A DNA stretch of 64,000 nt from Marsupella aquatica (Eukaryota; Plantae; Marchantiophyta). The notes under the pieces were generated by a model that saw only the letters and a program-made list of their open reading frames with translations, ran no database searches and was not told where the DNA came from. The stretch lies in assembly GCA_973895155.1 (NCBI GenBank), contig OZ316895.1:5972687-6036686 (forward strand), read 5' to 3'. Made by a program: the position numbers and the translations under genes. How positions within the stretch are numbered: the stretch's first letter is position 1; every line of letters begins with the position of its first letter. This document shows, piece by piece, positions 22,701 through 34,442 of the stretch.

Positions 22701-24485
22701 GGGATTATTGCGCTGAAGCAGGAGCTTGCGTCCCTGACGGCCAGCTTCAAGGCCGACCTGCGTGAGAAGGACAATATGCTCGATCAGACTTACGCCAAGA
22801 TGAACCAGATGGAGTCTGTCATCATTGCAGAGCTCGACAAGGAGTTAAGAGCGACCCGGGAGGAGAGAGCTGCATTTAAACAAGAATTGGTGGAAGCCCA
22901 AAAGGAGCTGGAGGAGGCGCGCAAGGACCTGGACGAAGTGCAGGAAGAGTTGGAGGAAAGCACGCGGAAGCTAGAGAACTTACAACGACGAGCCGACAAC
23001 CAAACGAAGCGGCTGAAGAAACAAGCCGCAGTATTTAAGTGCTTGGCTTCATCAGGGCCAACTCAAATTGAGGCCACTAAGTTACCAGGAGTGGTACTGG
23101 CCGAAGGACAAGCCGCGCTATTTGCACTAGTGCCGGAAGTAAGTGGGAAGGGGAAGGGGCCAGCTGCCGAACCAGAAAAGAAGAAGAAGCGGAAACCTTC
23201 AGGGTCAGGGAGTAATACGGCCCCATAGGCCGTGGTGACCAAGGAGGTAAACCCAACACCGACCTCAGGCAGGGTTACGGCAGAGGATCCAACTACCCTA
23301 GAAGAAGGGGATGACAAAGCCGAGGCCAGGATACTCGGTAATGAAGCCGAGGTACCCAATCTGCCACTTGAGTGTGCAGGGGAGGCCGTAGCCGTGGCTG
23401 AGGCCGTAGCCGAGGCTGATGTTGAAGCCGATGTCGTTGCCGGGGGTGGACCCAATCAGGCCGATGGAGAGTTGACTCAGTCAAGGGCAGATAATTTGTC
23501 AGAGAACGAACCTACGGCAGTGGCTGAGGTGGAAGCGTTGGGCCGGGGCATCCACTGAGGAACAGACACCGCTGCCATGACGGTGGTGGAGGGCCGCTCC
23601 TTTCAAGGAGGGCGGACGTGGAGGGAGGAGGCATGAGTGGGCAGGGCGGGCTCAGATCTCTAAGTTTAGGATTAGGATCAGGACCAGGAGGCGGCCTTGA
23701 CACTTAGCTTAGTGGGATTGCGGTTCCACTGGTAAGAGAAACACTTGTACTCCTGCCTCGCTGTACATAGGTAGATTCAGTTAGGTAGATTAAAGCTTAC
23801 GCTGCAAGGAATTAGGCGGATCCACTACCAGGATAAGTACCTGGGCAACGGGGAGCTCAGGGCCTCTTCTTTAGCAAGTTTTTAGTTGCACCAGCCGGGC
23901 TGGGATCAAGTAGTAAGAGAAGCTCTCGGTTAGTCATACAGTGACCCTTGTGTATATTCATGTTTCCTCATGCCTAAGAGCTGAATAGAGTTGGCCTCAC
24001 GGCTTAGTTCGTAGAGCTTGTGTATGAGATGTATTGTTTGTATGGCAAGTGCATGGTATGACTCAGTCAGAAGGAGTCATTTTGCTATTTGTGTGTCGCA
24101 TTAACTTGTGTGAAGAGTGCCCACATCAACTAATAGAGGAAGGAAAGTAAGCAAGGGAGTGAGAGTTGGATGTGTCGAGCTGAGAGAGGTCTTAGCGGCT
24201 TAACCAAGCCTATTGGGGATCATTCCGGCGGCAAAATCCAAATATACCTAACAAGACGGAGGGGAAGACAAGGGAAGGCCTAGATTAGGTCGGCTACGTA
24301 TCTCATGACCCGATGAAGGATCTGTCCAGTATATGTGTGTAAAATGTTAATAGTAGTAGTAGAAGGAGGTTAGCAGCGTCCCATGCCACTAAGCCGCGGA
24401 AACGCCCTCGCCAAGCGCAGAATCCGCGGGAATCGGCTTGTGAAGGGGGGTTTCTGGGGTTTAGGGAGCCATGGGACGCACCACA
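19748..24485 (+). mobile_element. Family-A element, copy A2 (4738 bp, opposite orientation to A1, diverged subfamily)
   Basis: TGTGATGCC...GCACCACA with perfect 5-bp TSD GCATG at 19743-19747 and 24486-24490. Confidence 0.95.
19863..23558 (+). pseudogene. Family-A ORF, copy A2 (broken by several stop codons)
   Basis: Fragments 20088-22079, 22143-23228 and 23232-23558 are collinear with the 1210-aa protein. Confidence 0.9.
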
Positions 24486-24618
24486 GCATGCACCATACCA
24501 GCAGGGGGGCTGACCTCTGATCAAGGTTGGCGAGGTGGTAGTAGTGGTAGATCCCAGGCTGGTGCCCAATACTATGGCAGGGGGCAAGCTCTAGGTTATG
24601 CCCGTGGTAGAGGTAGAG

Positions 24619-27025
24619 TGTCACGCGATTGACATGGGTCTTAACACCAAAAACGTCACTATGGGTGCCAAAACCATCTCCTTGTACCTGAGGATCACGA
24701 AGGGATGTTGTGAAGGCCGGTAAACACCAAATTATGCCCTTAACACCAGACCATCATAGCAAGACTCTGTCACACATCACCCAAGCTTAATCCCTAAGAA
24801 CCAAGGTTGGGAATCAGATCCAGTGCTCATGATAGTTCTGGTGAGAAGGGGTCTTCTTATCGGGCCCGTAAACACAGGGCCTAGCACTATGGTGCGCAAT
24901 GTCTATACGTATGCTTACTGTCATAGGTATATTTCTATTCCGCCACCGGAATGTACCCATAAATTAGTGACTCCTGACTGATTCCCGGCTTAGGGACTTC
25001 TAAGCCATTGCCCCATCACTCTGCCATTCCACTCTCAGCAATCAGAGCTGTGACAGCCCTCACCCAACCCACTTCAATGCACTTGGTACACCTCTCAGTG
25101 GCGCTGCTAGTCCCATCATACACTCAGATTGCCTCACACACACACACATCCATGAGAGAAATGAGGCATGAGAGGAAAACTCAATTAGATTCCCGATTAG
25201 ATTCAAAGATGTGCACAATAGTTCACTGAGAACACTTGATCAAAAATAGGCCCGAAGGCTGTCTCCTCTAGATTGCGACGTGCTTGCCATGCAAGCTCAA
25301 TCCTGAACCTGAGCCTGACTCACTCCAGATTGCGACGGCAGATTGGACTCGAACCAATCCCGTACTTGCCTTGCAAACTCAATCCTGAACTCAACCTCCT
25401 TCACTGCATTTCATTCTTGGGGGCACGTACAGATCTCACACCTCCATTCAGAACGTCAAGTTATGCATGCACAGTTGACTCGACTTCAAAGCTGGTACCA
25501 GGCCTAACGATGATCTATCCCAGATTGCAATGAGGCCCGGCCTCACGCTTGCCCTGCAAGCTCAGCTCTGGCCATAAATTCCTTAGTGCTCTTTGCCAAA
25601 CAAAGGTCGGGACTCCCCATGGATCACGTAGCCTTGCCAGACTGAAATGTAAATGCTCCTCCTGCTGCCCCTCAATCAGTGTCTCAGCCTTCCTAATGTG
25701 CTCACCGCAAATCACATTGAAATCCTCCCCACAATTTACAATCACCAACACATCACCTATCACCAAGGCTCTGTATCGGGGGAAAAGAACCCAGTGGTGT
25801 TGCCTACTAGAACGAGCCACAATCCAGGTTGCAAACTTGGCCAACTGTTGCTGTGAAGCGTGGCTGATTACTCCCTGAGTAATAGCACAACCAAGCTCTC
25901 CCCAACACACAGCTTCAAAGCCCAGCCTTCCTTGCACAGAGCTCCTCCCTACTGCTCAATCCACGTGAGATCACACAACTGAAGTTCCCCCCCCCCGCCT
26001 CTACCGGGGGGCTGCTCTATATACTCTCATACTGAGCCCAAATGGGTGGATACTACGCTGCTGGAGCCCCATCCCAGCCCTAACAGAGCGGCCACTATCT
26101 CTAACTACTGAACCCTAACTCGCAACTTTCTATCTCGAATTGGCTATGTACTTCAGATTTGGCCCTCCTCCATGGTTTTTGCGAGCTTGCATCTCCTCTC
26201 CCGATTTCTCTATTGAACCATTTGCTGCATGGATAGCAGCGTTGGAAGCGGGTTGAGCTCCTCTTTCCAACGAGGTCAATTATAGCCGATTTGGTCAAAT
26301 ACACAGAGAGTTATGCCCCCGCAACCGAGAGAGGGTACTCATTGCTGTGCTAACCCGAGTTACATAGCTAACCCGAGTTTGGCTAACCTAGCTATCCTAT
26401 CTAACCCGAGTAGAGCTAACCCGTGGTCTCGGGTTAGGCTGCTACCCGCTATCCGCTAACCTAGGCTAAGCTGAGCCCGAACCTGAACTTACTTATGCTA
26501 ACCCAAGCCCGAGTTTAGGCTAACCCTAGTTCAATCTAACCCGGGATAAATCTAATCTGAACCCGGGTTAAGCCTAAGCTGAAGCTGTGCTTACTTGAGC
26601 TAAGCTGAAGCCGTGCTTACCTGAGATAAGCTGAAGCCGTGCTTACCTAAGCTAAGCCGTGGCCGAGCTTGGGTTAACTCGAAACTGAAGCCAAACCCGC
26701 TAATTCCGGCCACAAGTTAACCCGTCACATTAATCAGGCCGTATCTTCCTTAATACACTTTCGTTTCCCAAGTGTTTTATATCGATTTTTCTCGCCTTCA
26801 CCAGATCTTTCCAATGCTCTTTACAGATCCGGATTTGGTGACATATTGAAAGAGATATGGTCGCCTACCACCCGCGACATAGCTTTTATTTCCCTACTCT
26901 TAACGCCATGATTGCCCTTATTCTTGCCATCTTGCTAATTGTTATGCAATATCAATAGCTACTCCTTGTATACAGCAGCCTAGTTAATCAAATTAAAGAA
27001 TAAGGACCATGTCATCGGCGTCACA
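24619..27025 (-). mobile_element. 2407-bp solo LTR (family B), related to family A but without the long ORF
   Basis: TGTCACGC...GCGTCACA, TSD TAGAG/CAGAG (4/5 match). Removal restores the host exon frame. TGGGCT plus TATATA on the minus strand near 26020-26040. Confidence 0.85.
26345..26705. repeat. Degenerate GCTAACCCGAG / GCTAAGCTGAAGCCGTGCTTAC repeats inside LTR B
   Basis: More than 10 CTAACC(C) units, then three ~30-bp GCTGAAGC.GTGCTTAC units. Confidence 0.8.
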
Positions 27026-29086
27026 CAGAGCAGGTCCAAACCCACAGTCTTGTGGGTATGGACGTCCACCTCAACCATGGGGATGTGAGTATATATCTAT
27101 ATGCCAGTTACTTGTGAAGGCATGGCACTCCTGAATTTCAGACTGCATATCAATTTTTGACATTGTTTGGGATGTATTGGATTCAGAGAACATGAAATTC
27201 TGTCCACCTGCCATTGCATGCAGATTCTGCCCAACCTGATTGGGCAAATGCTGGTAATGATCAATTCCAATGTCCACAAGGACAGACATGGGTTGAACCA
27301 GGTTGGGAGGATGGTGGTGGGTCGTGGAATGAACAAGGTTGGGAAGGTGGTGAAGGTGATTGGCAGGGATTTCAAAATACAATACCTACAAACGCTGGAA
27401 GAGGGGCAGGTAATGTCTGATCTTGTCAGCAATGGAAGAACTCATTATATGTGGAGTCCATTGACGTGGGGGGGATTCTGCACATGTATAATAATAGAAA
27501 ATGTATGTGTGCAGGTTGGATAGTCGAACCATCGACTCAAGTATTCACTAATGCCCCTATGCAGATGCAGCACGGAAGGGGGCCAGGTATGTTGGTGAAT
27601 GTTCATATATTTTCCTATAGTTTGTACTTAGTTTTCAGTGCATATGTTTGCACACACATACCTAGAAAGTGACATTATTTGGCTCCTGTACTAGGCTGGA
27701 CAGGTGGTCCAGGGTCACAACAATTCCAGAGTGCAGTCCCTGCACAAGCATCTACAGGCAAAGCTACAGGTATGTATGTTTGAAGAATTTTTCTTGAAGT
27801 GAAGCATTGAATGTTGCCGTCATCCATTCTTCTGTATGTAGTTCTCAAGCATGAATGGCATTGTATTTTCCTAGGTGGCTTCAGAACCCCTGGTAGGGTG
27901 AATGAAGGGGTGGCCAATACAACGCCCAGTACTACTGAGAGCAGTGCACGAGGGGAGGTGACAAAGAAAGGGAACGTAAAGTTGAATGAGAGACAATGGG
28001 TGGATGCTGAGTGTCCTCGTAAGAACCGTTGGCATGCTGATTTGAAAGCTGAAGTATTGCGTTGGTTAGATGTGAGTGTTATTAATTTTAAAAAACAACA
28101 TCCAAAAGATTGGAAGACTGTATGTGAAAATGTTGCTGCCAAATGGAATTATGTGGGCAGTGATTCAGATGGCGTGGACATAGGTTGCCTAGAGAGTACA
28201 GCAGGTAAAATCATAAAGCAAGAGAGGTGGAGAATGCATAAGGCTTGGAAGGAAGGTGGGGAGAAGCCAGATATGCCTCCACCAGCCAGTTGTGATGATA
28301 AAGTGTGGGCAAGGTTAGTAGCTTATTTTGTAACAGATGCTTCGAAAAAGAAGAGTTCACAGATGACCGAGGCCAGGTTGAGTGTTCAGAACCCTAATCT
28401 GACAGGAAGGACCGGCACTGCACCGACAGCAAAACGTTTGGTAAGAATCAATGGCCTAGCTATGTAATTTATGCTACACTATGTACTGTTTTTTAGTGTA
28501 AACCCATACATGTCAACTTTGTTTTTTAGTGTACATTCCCTGAATAATAATGATAACTTGTGTTTGCCATGCATGTGCAGAAAGCCCAATTGGGGCAAAG
28601 CCCTTCAAAAGAAGAGTTGAGGGCTGAAATTGTGAACACCCGGGCTCAAGTGGGTGCATTTGAATCCTCCAAGCATGTAAGTTATATGAGTTCTGATTGG
28701 TAATTGAATGACCTGCGTTGAATTTCAGGTGTACACTGTATATAACATTGATTGTGCATATATTGCCCAACATTTCATATGGAGTGATTGAACCTATACC
28801 CCTGTGTCATGTAGGGAGGTGGATCTTCACTTACAGAGATAAGTGGTCATTTGAAGGCTGTCGAAACATGTCTTCCAGAGATCAATGAACGTTTGAATTC
28901 ATTGACTGACTTGTTCCATGTGAACTTCAAGACATTAATGGAAGCTGTTGTGTCGGTGAGAGATGAAATTGATTCCAATTCTGCAGGAGTTCCACCATCA
29001 CCACTTGAGGTGGCAAAGTCAATGCACTCTTCTGGCATGCCAATGACATGTAGGCTTGAAGGTAAGGCCTTTACAACTGTGTGGGA

Positions 29087-29965
29087 TTTCCTCTCATGCC
29101 TCATTTCTCTCATGGATGTGTGTGTGTGTGAGGCAATCTGAGTGTATGATGGGACTAGCAGCGCCACTGAGAGGTGTACCAAGTGCATTGAAGTGGGTTG
29201 GGTGAGGGCTGTCACAGCTCTGATTGCTGAGAGTGGAATGGCAGAGTGATGGGGCAATGGCTTAGAAGTCCCTAAGCCGGGAATCAGTCAGGAGTCACTA
29301 ATTTATGGGTACATTCCGGTGGCGGAATAGAAATATACCTATGACAGTAAGCATACGTATAGACATTGCGCACCATAGTGCTAGGCCCTGTGTTTACGGG
29401 CCCGATAAGAAGACCCCTTCTCACCAGAACTATCATGAGCACTGGATCTGATTCCCAACCTTGGTTCTTAGGGATTAAGCTTGGGTGATGTGTGACAGAG
29501 TCTTGCTATGATGGTCTGGTGTTAAGGGCATAATTTGGTGTTTACCGGCCTTCACAACATCCCTTCGTGATCCTCAGGTACAAGGAGATGGTTTTGGCAC
29601 CCATAGTGACGTTTTTGGTGTTAAGACCCATGTCAATCGCGTGACACTCTACCTCTACCACGGGCATAACCTAGAGCTTGCCCCCTGCCATAGTATTGGG
29701 CACCAGCCTGGGATCTACCACTACTACCACCTCGCCAACCTTGATCAGAGGTCAGCCCCCCTGCTGGTATGGTGCATGCTGTGGTGCGTCCCATGGCTCC
29801 CTAAACCCCAGAAACCCCCCTTCACAAGCCGATTCCCGCGGATTCTGCGCTTGGCGAGGGCGTTTCCGCGGCTTAGTGGCATGGGACGCTGCTAACCTCC
29901 TTCTACTACTACTATTAACATTTTACACACATATACTGGACAGATCCTTCATCGGGTCATGAGAT
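29087..29965 (-). repeat. Inverted duplication of ~24300-25178 (LTR-B end + host exon + A2 terminus)
   Basis: Appears base-identical in reverse complement. The ORF-track translations 24303-24587/29678-29962 and 24370-24624/29641-29895 are identical. Confidence 0.95.
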
Positions 29966-32900
29966 ACGTAGCCGGCCTAATATAGGCCTTCCCCTGTCTT
30001 CCCCTGTCTTCCCCTCCGTCTTGTTAGGTATGTTTGGATTCCGCCGCCGGAATGATCCCCAATAGGCTTGGTTAAGCCGCTAAGACCTCTCTCAGCTCGA
30101 CACATCCAACTCTCACTCCCCTGCTTACTTTCCTTCCTTTTGTTGATGTGGGCACTCTTCACACAAGTTAATGCGACACACAAATAGCAAAATGACTCAT
30201 TCTGACTGAGTCATACCATGCACTTGCCATACAAACAGTACATCTCATACACAAGTTCTGCGAACTAAGCCGTGAGGCCAACTCTATTCAGCTCTTAGGC
30301 ATGAGGAAACATGAATATACACAAGGGTCACTGTATGACTAACCGAGAGCTTCTCGTACTACTTGATCCCAGCCTGGCTGGTGCAAACTAAAAACTTGCT
30401 AAAGAAGAGGCCCTGAGCTCCCCGCTGCCCAGGTACTTATCCTGGTAGTGGATCCGCCATTCTTTGCATCGTAAGCCTAATCTACCTGACAGTAATCTAC
30501 TTGCCCGAATCTACCTATGTACAGCAAGGCAGGAGCACAAGTGTTGCTCCTACCAGTGGGACCGCAATCCCACTAAGCTAAGTGTCAGGGCCGCTCCTGG
30601 TTCTGATCCTAATCCTAAACGTGGAGATCCGCGCCCGCCCTGCCCACTCACGCCTCCTCCCTCCACGTCCGCCCTCCCTAAAAGGAACGGCGCCCTTGCA
30701 CCGTCACGACACCGGTGGTGGATCCTTAATGGACGCCCCCAACGCTTCCTCCTCAGCCACTGCCGTAGGTTCATTCTCTGACAGATTACCTGCCCTTGAC
30801 TGAGTCAACTCTCCATCGGCCTGACTGGGTCCACCTTCGGCTTCAGCCTCGACACCGGCCTCGGCAATACCCACGGCTTCGGCCTCAGCCACTCCCACGG
30901 CTTCGGCTTCAGCCACTCCCTCGGCTTCGGCCTCCCCTTCCCCTAGGGTAGTTGGATCCTTAGCCGTGACCCTGTCTGGGGTCGGTGCTGGGTCTACCTC
31001 CTTGATCACCACGGCCTGTGAAGTCGTATTACTCCTTGACCCTGAAGGTTTCCGCTTCTTCTTCGTTGGTGGCTCGGCAGCTGGTCCCTTCCCCTTCCCA
31101 CTTACTTCCGGCACTGGTGCAGTTGGCGCGGCTTGTCCTTCGGCAATTACCACCCCTGGTAACTGGTTTGTCCCAACGGGAGATGGACCTGCTGCAGCTA
31201 AGCATTTAAATACTGCGGCTTGTTTCTTCAGCCGCTCTGTTTGGTTGTCGGCCCGCCGCTGTAGGTTCTCCATCTTCCTCGTGATTTCCTCCAACTCCTC
31301 TTGGGTTTCATCCAGGTCCTTACGTGCCCCCTCCAGCTCGTTTTTGGCCTCCTCTTGCTCCCTGTGGGCTTCCTCCAATTCCTTCTTCAAGGTAGCCCTC
31401 TCCTCCTGGGTTGCTCTTAGCTCCTTGTCGAGCTCTGCAATGATGACAGACTCCATCTGGTTCATCTTGGCGTAAGTCTGTTCGAGCATCTCGTCCTTCT
31501 CCCTTAGGTCGGCCTTGAAGCTGGCCGTCAGGGACGCAAGCTCCTGCTGCAGCGCCATAATCCCTTGATAGGATTTCCCTAACTCGACCTCCTGCTGCTC
31601 AAGGGCTCCGCGGATTTTCTCGAGCTCCCCTTTCAACGCCCATTCCTTTCTTTGGGTCTCCGCCATGGCCCGGCTGTTGGCTGTTATGTGGGCCTCCTCT
31701 GTATTCTTCAGCTCTTGCTTCCACTTCTCCCTCTCTTTGATCGTGTCGGCCAACTCTTCCTGCGTCTGAGTCAGTTTATCCTTGATATTCTGATTATCAG
31801 CCTGCGCGGTGTCCAACTGCCCCTACATGATGTTCAGCTCATGTCGTTTAATCCGCAGTTCATCTTGGGCTTTCTTGGCCGCCCTTAGATCTTCAATCTC
31901 GGCTTCCATCCTCCTAAGCCGCCGAATGACCTCGTCCTTCTTGCTTCTCTCTAAAGCCACCGCTTCTTCTAATTGGTGCTTCTCCAACTGCTCCCTATGG
32001 AAAAAGGGTCCTACCTCCAACTCCTCTCCAAAGATGCCGAGCGCAAGTTCCCCACACATCTCACCATACTCCATGGCTCTATTCTTAGCGTAGGTGGAGT
32101 AAGTAGAAGTGATCGGCATCGCCCATCGTGGCCTCTGCTCCCAAGCCGTCCTGCGGATCTCTTCAATCGTGGCTAGAGGTTTGCTTCCTTTTTCGGCTAG
32201 CCGCCTGATGTCCTCCGGCCAATCTCCTCCTGGTAAATCCTTTTCCTTAGCCAGGGCGGCCTCCTCCTCCTGCTTGATTCGCTCCTGAAATTCCTGCACC
32301 GTCTGTTTTATGCCGTCGAAGCTCGGGGGAGCAACATCTGGTGGGGGAGACTCAGGGCTACTCTGCTGGTTGGGGTCCCCTCGCACTACCCTTGGAAGTG
32401 TGGGGACAAACCGGCCACAGGTCCTTACTCCTGGAACGTGATGGTCCGACCCATAGCCAGAATTATCATGGCTGCAGTCCTCCACTGCCTCCTCTACCTC
32501 TTGGACGTCCGGCTTCTCCCTCTCCTCTTCGTCGGTAGGAGCTTCAGGCAATTCTGCCTCAGATTCGGAGCTTGAGGTTCCCACGTACATTCGAACACCT
32601 GGCTTGGATTCCGGCCTGATTCTCTCCTTGTCTCCAGCAAAGGGGTTTTCTCTTGTGAGCCGGTGTAGGCCTACCTCTGTAGTAGTGTCCTGCATTGTTG
32701 CCGTTGCCGTTGTTGTGGCCGATGCCGATTTCTTTTCTTTCTCCAGTAGTTTCAGCAGACTCTGCATGCCTGGTTGCTGCATCGGCAAGTCTTCCTTCCT
32801 GGGCCTAAACACCTGCTCGATCGTAGGACTAACAGGTGGTTGAGGCTTCTCAGCCAACGGCCTCGGCGTTGGAGCTTCCTCGGGTGCCCTTACCTGCAGG

Positions 32901-34442
32901 GGAAGTACCGGGGCAAAAGTCTGACCTCTGGCATACCGGCACAACAGCGGCATGTGATAGCCAAGCCGCGACACGCTCCCCATGCCGATTACCTGCTGCT
33001 CCTCCTTTAAGATCTTCTTCAATTGGTTGAGGAGGTACCCGTTGTAGTCCCGACTTGGGTCTGGCCTTTCTGCCAGATAGACCTGTGCCTTGCCGATCTC
33101 TGCCCTCGGCAAGTTACAATGCATGGTCACCCGCAAGAAGTCGATCATCTCTCCTATGTGCGGGTTGGTGCAGGTGTTCCGGAAGAAGCCATTCTTCGTT
33201 GATAGCCCGGGGAACGACCGGAACTCCTTGTCAGGCAAGGTCTTCCTGGTATCAACTTTGGTCTTATTGCCTATCGGCAAGCCAAACACTTCGGCAATTA
33301 CCTTGGGAGTAAGATAGAAATCCTTCCCATATATCCTCGTGCAATTGGTCTCGGGTTCCCATGACCCCACGAATTCTAATAGGTCTGACTCCGGTACCTC
33401 CGGCTTCAGCCATGGTAATCTTACAAAGGCCTCCAAGCCGGATCCGGCCATGAAGCCTTGGTACTTCTTGGTCTGCATGGCCGTAAAGCATGCATCCTCC
33501 TCCCGTGCAAAATGTAGTTGCACCTCCACCGGTAGGGTTGCCGCCCAGCCCTTCCAGGTGTCATCCCTGGTTGGAATGGCCTTGATGGGATCGACCTCCT
33601 CCTCTTCGGCTTCTCCCTGCCTCCTGCTCTGCTGCTCGGCTGGCCTCTTTGGTGCCGCCGACCTCGTTCTTTTTGCCGGGGTGGCTTCATCGTTGACGGC
33701 CCCCTTCCTCTTCATCTCTGCTGCCGTGGAGGTTTCTCCTAGCACCGTTGCCTGGGTCCACCTTTCTGTGCTACCCTTTAATTCCCAGTGTATGTCGTTG
33801 CAGTTCTTGATGGCCTCTCGGATGCCGACGACACTGTCTTTGCAAAACAGAAGATCGTCGAGTTGATTGGAAGTAGGCATCCACAGGAACTCGTCCTTGA
33901 TGAGTTTGCCTCCTAAGAAAGCCGTCTTCTGCAGCTCCCACAATCGAGCGAGCTCCTACCGTTCTCGAGCTGCCCTTTCTGACTCCTCGTCCTCGTAAGT
34001 CTTGATGTACTCAGTTGCCCGTTCGAACAGGCATCCCCAGAAATGTGCCGCTTGATTGACGTTGCTCATACCCTCCTTAGGTCGATCGTCGGTATCTACT
34101 CTCTCCCCGAGTGCTTGCCTAAGCAGCTGACAGTAGTTGGCCTCCCGTAGTCGTCTGCCTAGTTCGTGCTCGCAAATGAGCCACCATCTCCTGCAAGCGC
34201 TCCTTACCCCTCTCCTCTGCCGGTCCTTCTTCCCGTTGATCCTTCCTAGCCGCCGACGCTTAACGCGCCCTAACCTTAATCGGGTTTTCACCCTCAGCCT
34301 TACCTCCAGCCTCTGCCCGGGTTCCATGGTTGCCCCTAATTGTTTATATTTTCCTTGTTTTGTCCCTATACTAAGGTGTTCCTAGGGTGCCTTCCTGCTT
34401 TACCCACTTAACCGGCCGAGTGATTCCTGTCTAGGCATCACA
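29780..34442 (-). mobile_element. Family-A element, copy A3 (chimeric; no TSD)
   Basis: Same termini as A1. Flanks CATGC and GATGT do not match. The first ~120-190 bp match A2 and most of the rest matches A1. Confidence 0.92.
30704..34327 (-). pseudogene. Family-A ORF, copy A3 (two CAG>TAG stops)
   Basis: ORFs 33956-34327, 31823-33943 and 30704-31816 are in one frame and near-identical to A1. Confidence 0.92.

Larger units (their letters stand above)
19309..29061 (+). pseudogene. CACTA TnpA/TNP1-like multi-exon gene (Transposase_24-like exon at 27875-28440), disrupted by two LTR insertions
   Basis: Exon with WLDVS..F..Q...W...KIIKQERWRMHK...PP...DKVWARLVAYF...KKSSQMTEAR...GRTG. A Gly/Arg-rich exon is rejoined across the insertions (..KPVH/APYQQ..SDQGWRGG..GRGR/AGPNPQ..). 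Confidence 0.75.
4646..29086 (+). mobile_element. CACTA (En/Spm) transposon with captured cargo and nested insertions; right end missing
   Basis: The terminus CACTAGAAGAAA at 4646 interrupts pol and is followed by scattered GTGACT/AGTCAC/GCGACT subterminal motifs. TnpD-type and TnpA-type coding lies downstream. The sequence breaks off at an inverted-duplication junction (29086/29087). That the whole span is one element is inferred. Confidence 0.7.

Noticed and set aside
13675-24509. Several frameshifts that are one base short in homopolymers (13675-13680, 19567-19570, 24504-24509) as programmed frameshifting
   Set aside because: More simply explained by slippage decay or assembly error. Would need raw reads.
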